A stretch of 38,998 bases of DNA from Basidiobolus ranarum (taxonomy: Eukaryota), in NCBI GenBank assembly GCA_040143965.1, contig JASJQH010000045.1, positions 1-38,998 of the forward strand, in the 5' to 3' direction. Shown here in pieces: positions 1 through 10,990 of this stretch. Both the position numbers and the translations under genes were made by a program. How positions within the stretch are numbered: position 1 is the first letter of the stretch; the number at the start of each line of letters is the position of its first letter. Below the pieces are notes generated by a model. It searched no databases, was not told the DNA's origin, and saw only the letters and a list, made by a program, of their open reading frames with translations.

Positions 1-1035
1 ATCTTCAACAATAGCCCACAAGCACTCAACAACGGGCAAAATATGTTCCCCAAGCCTTCTCCACAAAACGTCAGCTTGAATGCGTCCCCAAGTATTTTTC
101 CAAAATCCAACACTCAACCCATTCAAAGCAATCCACAACAAAGTATCTTTCCAAAATCTGGGGTTCAAGCCCAGAATCCCGGTCAAAGCTTATTCCCTCG
201 CCCCTCACCCAATATGTTGCAACCTACCAACAACAACAACAACTTCAACTCTACCTCACCTATGTTCCAAAACACCAATTCTATGTTGAACACCGGAAAT
301 CAGTTCAATAATAACAATCAACAATCGCAGTTCAGACCTTCTATGCCCTCGAATATGGCCCCGACCTCTGGTATGTATTCCTCGCCTGTAGGAGGGATGA
401 ATAGCTCAATGCAGGTTCAACAATCCTCGTTCACCATGACTCGGTCTTCTGGCTTTACTACTTCGAGCAATATCGGAAGTAATCCTGGAAATCCTCCAAC
501 AGGCTTTGGTAATCAACTTGCTATTATGGGATCCCAAGATCTTCAACGTTCTGCTTCAAGCAATGTGTATGGAGGTAATTGACATGATTTTGATGAAGGG
601 AGGATGGGTAACTACACATCGTATTGTCGCTAAATTTCAATATCTATCATCAACTAGGTTCTAATGATAAGTATGCCGCGTTTCAACAAGTGAATCCAAA
701 TGCACCTAGTGTGTTCAACAACACTTCTCAAAGTAAGTATCATTCAAAGCATCCCTTATGATTTCGTACACCTAACCTCTTTGCCTATATTAGACACAAG
801 CCAACATCAATTCCAGCAACAAATGTTTACGCAGGGTAATTTCCAACAACAAAACGTATTCATGTCACAACAGCAAGGACAGATGTCATCCTTTGGGAAT
901 AATAATATGCAAGGTAATATGAATAACAATATGAACAATGGAGGAATGAACGGGAATCCAAATGTAGGAAACAACTTTTTCCCCAATCCAAACCAGCAGA
1001 ATTCCAACAATATGAATAGAAATAACTTTTATTAG
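1..1035 (+). CDS. 3' part of a gene with a low-complexity N/Q/M/P-rich C-terminus, possibly an endocytic adaptor (ArfGAP-FG or Sla1/Pan1-like); 5' end outside the window
   Basis: Exons <1-574, 658-732 and 794-1035 join in frame across GT-AG introns 575-657 and 733-793. The middle exon reads GSNDKYAAFQQVNPNAPSVF; the protein ends NRNNFY*. The family guess rests only on the DKYAAF motif and composition. Confidence 0.6.
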
Positions 1036-1666
1036 AATAACCCTCAAGAAGATATTCTATGAAAAGGATTTTAATGAGATTCTCCAACCCAAATTGTATA
1101 ATTGAAGTGAACATTTTCTTTCAAACAACCAGCACAAAAAAATCCTCCCCCTCCCCCCTCACCACCACCGCTCATCTCTTTCTTGTCGAGTTTTATTATT
1201 TCTTCAATATATTACGAAAATTTACGTCTCTATTGAGTTTCTATCTTTCTATTGTTTAAGTCGTTGGATGGGTTTGGTTAGAATTAGCTTTATCAAGTTT
1301 AGTCATTCAGTCAAATCTAAGAATACACTCAGAAATTGGATATATAAGCTAGAATTTCTGAGATAATATCGATAAGGAATAGAAATAAAAATAAATCAAT
1401 CGACGATTCACTCTAAAGTTGCGATTGTACACGTTTCTAGTAACATACAAAAAGTCAAGAAAGACACCAGAACAGGTCAAGGAAAAGGTAAAGAAGAGGG
1501 GAAGAGAAATCTCAACGAAATCAAGAATGTTTACCCCATGTAGGTTATATCAAAAGAGAACTCATCCAAGAGAAACCCCCTTAAGATCTCCATACGAAGG
1601 TAGGGAATATTGTTACAGAAAAATTGAACATGTTTGTTAAAGTACTTCACTTAATGATGATCCTCT

Positions 1667-2553
1667 CTAGAAATTCTTTTTCTTCTCATCAACTGATATT
1701 CCTCCAGGGCCTATACTGCTCAAAAGCATAAATCCACCCATGATACTAAGAGTTTGGAAGAAATCATACTTTACAAAATCACGACTTGGATGTGCGTGAT
1801 GAATCGACCACCAGTTGTTAATGATTACATTGAAAATGGATAAGAACAGTACCAAGAACATGGCGGACCACTTGGCTTTGAATCCTATCACTACCATGGT
1901 ACAGGCGATGAATCCTATGGCTGAGAAGGCTAAACGAGCAGCGTTCATTTCTCCTGCGAACACAAGGGAGAGGAACAAGAAGATCAGTAAAATACGACCG
2001 GCCAATTGAAAATAGGTGGATTTATCCATGGTAGAGACTGAAGGAAGTCCCGCAAATACATTCTTCTTCTTTGCCAACGCATCAGCTAACAGCATCAAGA
2101 GGCCACCAACAACTGATAAATTGTGCAAGAAGAAACGCAAGTCAAAGATCAATCCATATCCAATTGTCTGAGAAATTACAACAACGAAAAGTCCGATGAT
2201 GGCGTGCTCGGTGAATTTCTTGGCAATAGCTAGAATTGACCCGGTCATCATCACCTAAAATAGCAAGCGAAGAAAGAAAGGGTTAGACTAAGACTACAAC
2301 ATTAACCATATGCGACTCACAGTACCAATACGTTCAGGGCCAGGAAGAGTTGACTAAACCCTGAATAAAATCCTTGGTATTTTTCCAAATAGCGAACTTG
2401 ATCTGACCATTGCACCACTATACGAAAAGAATCTTCAAAGAAGGTGACCACAAGTAAGAAACGAGCAATCGCCGGGATGTAGGGTTTAATCGGATAGCTG
2501 ACTTTGGCAAGCGTATCTTCCATACGTGAGGAGAAGGATCTAACAAACTCCAT
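1667..2553 (-). CDS. ERV29: SURF4/Erv29 COPII cargo receptor
   Basis: Exons 2553-2321 and 2254-1667. Motifs ARFLLVVTFFEDS and RDFVKYDFFQTLSIMGG, multiple TM segments, C-terminal di-lysine signal DEKKKNF. Confidence 0.96.
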
Positions 2554-3242
2554 TATAATTATCAAGTGGATTGCGAAAGATGTTTGGGGAATGGATTGTA
2601 AGTACTCATTCCCATAGCAGGCTTTCTTTTATACCAAGCTAGATGTAGAGTTTCAAGGTGGGATAAACGTGTGCAGGATCAGGAGAAGCGTCCGAATGTT
2701 TGGGAAGAAATCCTCGATGCCTCAATAATTCCCTCAACTAAATCTGTGGAGTGGGATTTTCCAGATCCCCCTCTGAAGAGCATATACCGTATTGTTACCA
2801 TATTGTTACTAAATCAACTCTGAATCATGCCAATTTCATGCAACATTCCAGCTCAATCAACAACACGATCAACACGTGTCTTCAATGTGGCATGCTGGTG
2901 TTGTTTCAAAAGGTGTGCACCAAATTATGATCTATTGATTGCATCCCCAGTATGTTTGCACCTATCTAGTATAAACACATCGCTGCTTGTCACTCAGCCA
3001 ACACATATTCATGTCATCTAGAAGTAATTAACCTTGTATTACAATTGGTACAGTATAGAAGCAACAAGAGTGGAAATATACGCTTAGGGTAGCTAGCTAT
3101 CATGATAGACATCCAATTATATGAATACAAAACATATGTTGTACAAGCAGGAAAGGGTGGTGGTTGGAGAATTAAAGGACAAGAGAAACGCTGTCAACAT
3201 ATATCTATCCAGTAGATATACTTACAATGAAGAATGTGAATT

Positions 3243-5181
3243 TTAAAAATGACTAAAGCCAGAAGAATGGCGGCTGTTGAAGTGCTGATGTCTGCCTCCC
3301 CCAAATCCACGACCTCCAAACCCTTGACCTCCGAATCCTTGGCCTCCAAAGCCATGCCCCCCGCCGAAACCCCCTTGGCCGCCCGCGAACATTTGGAAAA
3401 ATACATCATCATCACCAAAGCCACCTCCCATTCCCATATTACCCTCAAGATCAGCTCCAGAGTCGAACCGTTGACGTTTCCCAGGATCAGAAAGGATAGT
3501 ATATGCTTCTCCGACCTCTTTAAATTTGGCCTCGGCTTGTTCATCTCCAGCATTCTTATCTGGGTGATATTGAAGAGCAAGCTTCCGATAGGCTTTCTTG
3601 ATTTCACTATCACTTGCATCTTTACTAACGCTCAAGATCTTATAGTAGTCCTTACGTTTAGACTTCTTCAACTCAAGCTCAGCATGGTGAAGTTCTTGAC
3701 GAATTTCACGATTACCCTGATCCATATCTGAAGCACTGCGGAGATCCTTTACCGCTTCTTCAAACATTTCAAGTTTGAGGTAACTACCAGCTCTACGTCT
3801 GTAAGCTTTGACAAAGCTGGGATCAAGGTCAAGAGCACTATTACAATCATCTACGACTTGCTCGTGTTTGTCCATCTAACCATACAAACAAAATAAGTTA
3901 CACAGCTCGGTATACTACAGTATTAGAATGGCATACCTTTGCTGAGGCGGTTGCTCTATTATTATAAATCCTAGAATTGGTAAGATTGTTTTCTGGGTCG
4001 ACTTCAAGAGCAGCTGTGTAGAGATCATAAGCTTCTTGATAATTTCCAGCCCGGAAAGCGTCATTACCAGCATTCTTTTGATTATCAATAGCCTTAATAG
4101 TCTAAGAAAGAAGAAAAATCAATAAAAAGCAACAACCATACTCTTAGTTCCTATGGGTTACCTTCAATAAAGTTCTTGCTTTAAAGTAATCTGGGTCGCA
4201 TCTCAAAGCTTCCGTGCAATGAGCAAGAGCTTTAGCATGCTCACTTTGTCTGTATAAGATTGTTGCTCTTAGATACAATGCATCTGGATTGGTAGGATCT
4301 GCACGCATTACTTCACTATTCCATTTGAAAATAAGGCTTTTAACATTTTGTTCAACGATTGACAAGAACTAACCTAGTACAAACCTTGCGATTCTTACAG
4401 CATCATCGAAGTTCTTCATACCACATAAAATATCGCCACGAAGTAACTTCCACTTAATTGGGGCAGTGATTCCATCTGAACTTGTTTCTACTGTGGCGAT
4501 TAATTTGGAAATACAAGCGAGGGCGTGTGAATAATCCTTCTTTTCAAGGTAGTTGTTCGTTTGATCCAGTAATATTTGGTAATTATTGAAATTATTTAAT
4601 TCTTTACGGGCCTGACCGTTTAATGGATCTTTCTCTAGAATCAAGCTGAATTGACGACTAGATTCTGATAAGCTTCCTAGAGCTAAATAACATCTAGCTA
4701 GTCGGAAATATCCCTTTTATGAATTAGTTAGAAATATAGTTCCATAATGTGAACTAGTATTCTCCAATTGGATATCTTACCTTCATGAAATTAGCATCAA
4801 GACTTATAGCTTTACGACAATCCTCTACAGCGTCCTTATATTTTCTTAGCATCATAGAAGCAGCAGCTCTGTTGCCATAATATGTAGCTAATGGCTCTAC
4901 GTCTAAGCAAATGTAAAGGTTGAGTATTTCTCAGGAACGTGACTGAAAGTTATAGCAACATAAAAAAGAATTCAACCAACCAATTGCTTGAGTATACAGC
5001 TTGATTGCCTCTTCATAATGACCAATCTTATACTCTTGATTAGCTTGGTTTTTGATTTCTTCAGCAGAACTAATATTTCACAAATGGTTGGTAATTGTAG
5101 AGCGATAAACCATCCAAGTTACACATTGGTCAACGATGGCACTGTTAAATTGTAGAAAACTTACATGTTTTCGTTGGTCAT
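3243..5181 (-). CDS. DNAJC7: TPR-repeat and C-terminal J-domain co-chaperone (DNAJC7/Tpr2-like)
   Basis: Seven coding exons (5181-5165, 5069-4981, 4902-4781, 4713-4385, 4315-4162, 4101-3937, 3875-3243). TPRs such as [21 protein letters not shown] and [17 protein letters not shown]-domain KDYYKIL...HPDKN; G/F-rich tail. Confidence 0.93.
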
Positions 5182-5672
5182 TGTACTATGTTAAGAAGAA
5201 ACGCAGGTAAGTAATTAACAAAGAACAGAGTGGAACAAGCAACAACTGTGACTAAAATAAAGTGAAAATGAGCCATAGCCAACACTATTACCAAATTAAA
5301 AAAAAGACTGGGAAAATGGATGATTTCCTACCAAAAAAGACCCGCAAATTTCAATATCGGTAAATAAGATTTGATATCAAAACTGAAAAAAGAATGGTCT
5401 ATATCTGTAACTAATAGTTGATTAGTTATCTCTCAAAAGTCTATGAATTCTATCCACTTCTATGAGGTTCTACAATTCGATGTTCAAAACAAAGAACTCT
5501 AAAGGATAATCGATGTCGATACTAGGTATTGCAATCTAGATTCAATCTTCAGAGTCAGTGTATATTATGTATAAGTTAGTAATCCATACTCAGACTCATT
5601 CTCCTACCCATATACAAACGAGGTATAAAATAAATATATTGAACATGCATTTACAGCGCTTTAGATCAAGTT

Positions 5673-5784
5673 AATCTTATATCTCTTGGAGATACAGCCA
5701 ACAACTACATCTATTGGAAATACTTCTAACAGCTATGCCTATTGGAGACACAACTTACAACTATATCTATTGGAAATACAACCG
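5673..5784. repeat. Degenerate 28-bp tandem repeat, 4 units
   Basis: Units start at 5673, 5701, 5729 and 5757: aatcttatatctcttggagatacagcca / acaactacatctattggaaatacttcta / acagctatgcctattggagacacaactt / acaactatatctattggaaatacaaccg. Confidence 0.85.
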
Positions 5785-6813
5785 TGTGAAGCAGGTACTT
5801 AATAAACAGAAACGGACTAGTTTGTGACAAGAATGTTCTTTTGTCATGCGTGATTAACTTGTGTGTAATCCGCGATCTTGTTTGCGTGAGTTGGTGAAAG
5901 TTAAAGAGCAATAAGCATGGAGCATTGTCTCCAAGTCCAATGGCATGCTCAATCAGGTAGCCCTGTAAAGCTCAGTCGAGAGATGCTGCATCTGATCCAA
6001 ACTCTTTGTTTCTCTCATCTCGTAATTCTGGTAAAATCCTGAGGGAGCATTCCCCCATTATCTGTATTTGCTTAGGCTTTCCATAAGTACCACCTTTGCT
6101 AAATCTTTGCGTACGTACCACCTCACGCGTAGCCAATATTAAGGATTAATTGTATTTCATAATGCTGCAATGGCATCAATGATGTATATATAGATTCATA
6201 TTCCCTGGACCAAAACAATTGATTGTAATACATTTGTACCACATTTGACTAATGAGGTGCTACCGCATTCCACCGCACTTCATGGTGGTGTTTGTTGATA
6301 TCTCCAGATACCTTTTTATATTGCATTTCTTCACATACTCTTCAAATGGAGATGGGCAGCTTGTTATCAGGACTTCCCCTCATTTATGTCGAAGGGGCGC
6401 TCCGAGGCCAGCGTTCCAATTCAACCTGGCATATAGCATGACTGCAAATGGGATAACCAGGTTTCAAAAGTTGCCAAGAACTCATGCATAGCTAATGAAA
6501 ACAATCTAAGGGGTATCAACGGTATCTCCAACATCTGTCAATGGTACAGACACAGAACAGATACAAATGGTTACATCCATACGTTGTGTGATTTCAAATT
6601 AAATATATCCCATTTCAGGAGAGTTTCTATAAAAATCTTAGACCAGTAGCACACAGGATGGGTAGCTAATTTCATTGTGCTGACCAGGTTCAATTAGTAC
6701 GGTGGTACAGATTAGATTCTGAATGAGTGAATAAAAACCCCCCGACGAGTCCACAATTGAATGCAAACGTCTTAACTTATTTCTTTAGAATCTCTTGATT
6801 CTCTGGCTGTGCC

Positions 6814-8383
6814 ATGAGATATTCCGAAAAAAATGCGGAAGGGATCCTTCCTATAGTTACTAAGCTAAAGAACAAACCTTTTACACCTCGTGTCTCAACA
6901 TATCCTTTTCCTTCCTATTCGTCACCGAACTCTGCAATTACTCTGTCTCCTTCTACACCTTTCCCTGGTACTCCTAGAATCTCACGTCGTTGTACTCGAC
7001 TATTTATATTAATTTCCATATTTCTGACCATTCTCACTCTGGGTGCATTAACCAGAGGCAATTTATCCACCGAAGTTCACACTGCCATGCCTAGTCCACA
7101 GACGTATTCAAACGCACCAGTGGAGGAAGAGCCAAAAGTGCATCCGCCTTTCGAGTGCGGTGAGGACCTTGGAATTCCTTGTAAATTTATTTTCCCGACG
7201 TTTATTGCTGAGCAAGAATCCAAAGGAATCCAACATTTTTGGCAATTGGCTTTACTCGCCAAACAGCTCAATCGTACCATAGTTCTTCCAAATACCTACA
7301 TGTCACGGATGTCAACCTGTTACCAATTCCCTTTTTCGCATTACTTCTCCGACGAAACGTTGAAAGCTGCTGGTATTCCTTTCGTATACATGAATGACTT
7401 TTATGATTGGGTGGGAAGACAAGGAGATGTTTCTGCGCAATCAGTATTGTTTGATCGAAAGTCTTCGGTTCATGCAACTTGGTCTAAGAGGAAGTTTTCC
7501 AAGATCCATTGTCTTGGAAATTGGTCATTCAATTATGATAAACACGACCGCTTAAATATCTATCCTGACAAAGGCTACTGGAGAACCCCTGAAGCCAGAG
7601 CCAGGACTAATGACTATATTATCGACACCATGACAAAGAGCTCTAATGGTTTTGGTCAAATTGATGATGCACCAACGGTATTTCTGATCGAATACAGGTT
7701 AGTGTATACCTTTATTAAGGTTGAGAGCACCTCGCCTCCGTTACTCTATCACCCAAGCATAAAGGAGAAAGTAGACCAAGTCGCCTCTTCGCTTTCACCG
7801 TTCATTGCGGTTCATTGGCGTAAGTAATTTTGAAGATATAATTTAGTCCAAGTAGATGTCATTCTAATTTGCATTCAATATCGTAGGTATGGAGACTGTC
7901 ACACCTTACCAGAATCTTCCACAGTGTGCCGAGAACTTAGTAAAGGCCTTGAAGAGAATTTCTGAAGAGGAAAACATCAAAAACATCTACTTGGCTACAG
8001 ATTATCCACTCGAAGATGAGTATCCTCATTCAAGCAGCTGGGATTTAGATGAGCTAACAATGTATCACCATTCAGCCATTAGGCGGCTGAAATCCAACAT
8101 CAAACTCCATTCTTGGATTACACTGGAGCAGGAGCGACATTCAATTAATCCTTTGTCGGCGGATGTTGAGTCAGATTTTGATCCAGGCCTTCTGGGAATA
8201 TTTGACAAAATGATGTGTACACAAGCTGACTATTTCCTTGCTGGACCACCGGAATGCTCCAGAGCTAGCTCGTTTACTGCCCAAATAGCCATCACTAGAG
8301 AGTCGCGGCGAAAGAATCGCTTTAACAACACTGACTCATATGTACCAGATTACCGTAATATTATGAATCGTTGGGAATTCTGA
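6814..8383 (+). CDS. Type II membrane GDP-fucose O-fucosyltransferase-family glycosyltransferase
   Basis: Exons 6814-7819 and 7887-8383. Single N-terminal TM; motifs LAKQLNRTIVLP, FIAVHWRMET (across the intron), IYLATD, GIFDKMMCTQADYFLAG and SSFT match the O-FucT-like GT-B family. Confidence 0.85.
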
Positions 8384-8641
8384 GGCTTTCTTCTAATTAA
8401 CATAAAAGCATCAAACCATTTGGGATGTCATCATTCAACCTTCATTTCTATCTCACATTATATACCCAATGTTGAATATAATCTTCTTTTTGTATATTAG
8501 CCGCTCGTCATATAATAAATCATTTACCAATATTTAAGCACATTCCCCCTCATTCACTCGGATACTTTTTGTACGGTATATATATATTTCAAGAAGGGTT
8601 ATTTGATGGATAAGAGTGTAGCTAAACAGGAGGGAATGGAA

Positions 8642-9351
8642 TCAATAGCCATATTGCTCTTTAGAGAAATTAGGATCTTGAACGAAAGGTGCAAGAATCT
8701 TACTACCCGTTTGTAGTAAAGGATGTCCGGCAACACTAGTAGGGTTGAATTTTCAATGAGTTAATATCAACGGCTCTATTTAGTTTCAAAAAATGCTTGT
8801 TTTCTTTTCTTACATTTGTAGAAATCTTTCTAAACTTTCACGACGATGTTCCACTACTTCGTCAGAGAATCGATGAGTGAAAACTTTTCCTGGAAGATGA
8901 GGAATATTTACTCGAGGACATTCACGTTCTAAAGCATCTCGAAACCACTCAAAATCTCTGTAACGTCTACGAACGGTGGAAGTCTCCAACTTAAAAGAGG
9001 GGAGATTGGTCTATCAAGTGACGAATAACAAAAGATCATACACCAGTTTAGAAGTAAAAAAATGCAGCATATAATAAACTGAACTCGATATATAAATCGA
9101 TTCCTTTATATAAATATATCACTTACTCGACACACAACTTCATAATCAGTGTACATCTTTCTTCCGAGCCCTTATTGTATGTTGAATGTTAGCCATGATA
9201 CAGTTAAAAAAGAACATTACTACTTACCATGAGCTTGAGGATTCCTGACTTCAATTTCCAAGAAATTTTCGGGAACTCCATAAATATCGTCTAAAGGCTG
9301 TTCTTTAAAATCAGGTCTGATATCATCTCCGAACGAACGATGAAGAGCCAT
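8642..9351 (-). CDS. SNX3: Sorting nexin 3 (PX-only), 152 aa; absent from the ORF track
   Basis: Exons 9351-9228, 9170-9127, 9010-8814 and 8735-8642 splice in frame: [20 protein letters not shown]...[17 protein letters not shown]...[13 protein letters not shown]...[42 protein letters not shown]. Confidence 0.96.
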
Positions 9352-9968
9352 TTTCTAACTAATAAAATAGGATACAGGTTAAGAAGTGGATTTGACAAAC
9401 TACTTTAAAAACTACGTTTTCTACTAACTGCGAATTCAAAAGAGTTTTTCCGAGAAAGTAAAGTATTAAACGCCACTGTAAGCTCGACAAATTAAATGAA
9501 CCTTAGATTATTTCTACGGAAGTTCGGCTACTGAGAAATTGACTTGCTTTTGATTAATTCCACCAATTAATTATGCCACCTCGGTAGCTGATCATGTAAT
9601 TCTACCTCGATTGGATTTATGGAAGGTTGGGTGGTTTGTTTGAAACGTAGGCTAATTTCTTTAACTAAGAAACACGGGAATTTCTGAACAAGTAAATTCC
9701 GAGTTGTGCAGAGAGTGTAAAATATAAGATATAGTGTAGTGTAGTATTCCACAAGTATGTTGAACTCGTTTCATCGAATACTGATACACTGTTTCTTCGA
9801 TACATAAAAATCTATAAAAATGAGAGTTACGTACCCAACTTTGGAAAAGTAAATCTCAACATTCCAACAATCTCCACGACGAAATATCTAGAAAATTGAG
9901 AAAGAGGTGCAGGCGCCTGTCACGGCATAAACAAGATAGAATAAAATCCGGGTTCTTTTTCTGCCTGA

Positions 9969-10583
9969 ATGAGGGCCAAGTCTTATCCTCATTATGCCGA
10001 GGCGAAATCTAAAAGTAGTCTATTTGTTCAGCCTCGTAGTAACCAACAACGCACTCAAGAGCTCTGTAAAAACTTCGACGATAGTATTACAACTTCGGGC
10101 AAAGCCACTTCTTTGAAACAAACTGAATATCGAGTAGATATTAAATCACTTATTGCCAAGGTACAGCTTACTTCGTTTGTGTCCGATGTGAATACTTTTG
10201 CTAAACACAACTTTTAGTTTGATTCAGAAAAAAATAGTCAACCCTCTCGATCGAATAGTACACCAGAGAGAGTGCTAAGTTCAACTACTTCTCTCTACTC
10301 CACAAGTGATGTAACTCCGTCCCAAAAATGGCAAAGGTCTACACCAACTTATCAACTTTCAAAGCTGAGCTATGGAAAAACCAATACGGCTAGCAAGCAT
10401 TCAACAGTTTTATCTCTCTCGCCAAACCTAGTATCTCCATCCAAGTCTCCAACTCGCTTATCCGTATCTTCCGAAGAACAAAGATGTACCATTTGTAAAG
10501 AACAGGTAGATATAAACAAATTTGCCGTAATATCAGGGGAGTATTATTGTCGACTTCACTTTAAAATTACTTACCGACTATGA
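9969..10583 (+). CDS. Uncharacterised ~185-aa Ser/Thr-rich protein with a C-terminal half-LIM-like zinc finger
   Basis: Two track ORFs join in frame via intron 10161-10217 (GTACAG...CTAAA...TTTTAG). C-terminus CTICKEQVDINKFAVISGEYYCRLHF. The start codon is uncertain. Confidence 0.65.
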
Positions 10584-10841
10584 CGTTCATTTCAATTCCC
10601 TTATTCTTTGTCTTAATTAAATTTGATATCTTTGAAAAGATGCTGGACCGTTCATTTCAGTATACTTGTCTACCTTAGAAGAAAGATGATTGTCAAACCA
10701 AATGTTTACCAATTTTATGATAGAGCCCTCCTACAGTTGGAGAAACAAATGACCTCTAGCTCATTAATGAATCCACATTAACGTATATCAAGTATCGGTC
10801 GTACGCTCGTAGAATACAATCAAGTTCTATAGTAAAGTATT

Positions 10842-10863
10842 TGTGTGTGTGTATGTGTGTGTG
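10842..10863. repeat. Imperfect (TG)n microsatellite
   Basis: tgtgtgtgtgtatgtgtgtgtg, between two convergent genes. Confidence 0.8.
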
Positions 10864-10990
10864 GGATGGGGTTATGATATAGTGCTAAGGTGATGGACGA
10901 ATAAAACTAAAGTGTCAGAACAGAAAAAACCGAATGGACTAGTCACTTCATCGATATAAATATATGATCTCTACTTCATGTTCTTAGTGT

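Noticed and set aside
3194..3731. Long ORF-track entries overlapping DNAJC7, and similar ones over other genes
   Set aside because: Antisense or alternate-frame shadows of real exons.
5673..5784. CRISPR-like look of the 28-bp array
   Set aside because: Variable parts are only about 5 nt, repeats are degenerate, there are no cas genes, and the context is eukaryotic. Kept as a tandem repeat.
5785..6813. Short ORFs (5726-5911, 6252-6491) and small hairpins
   Set aside because: No family motifs or coherent exon structure; likely non-coding.
8822..8993. Plus-strand protein-like frame with one internal TGA at 8878-8880 ([12 protein letters not shown]), suggesting selenocysteine or readthrough
   Set aside because: It is the antisense shadow of SNX3 exon 3; there is no redox motif and I saw no SECIS-like element.
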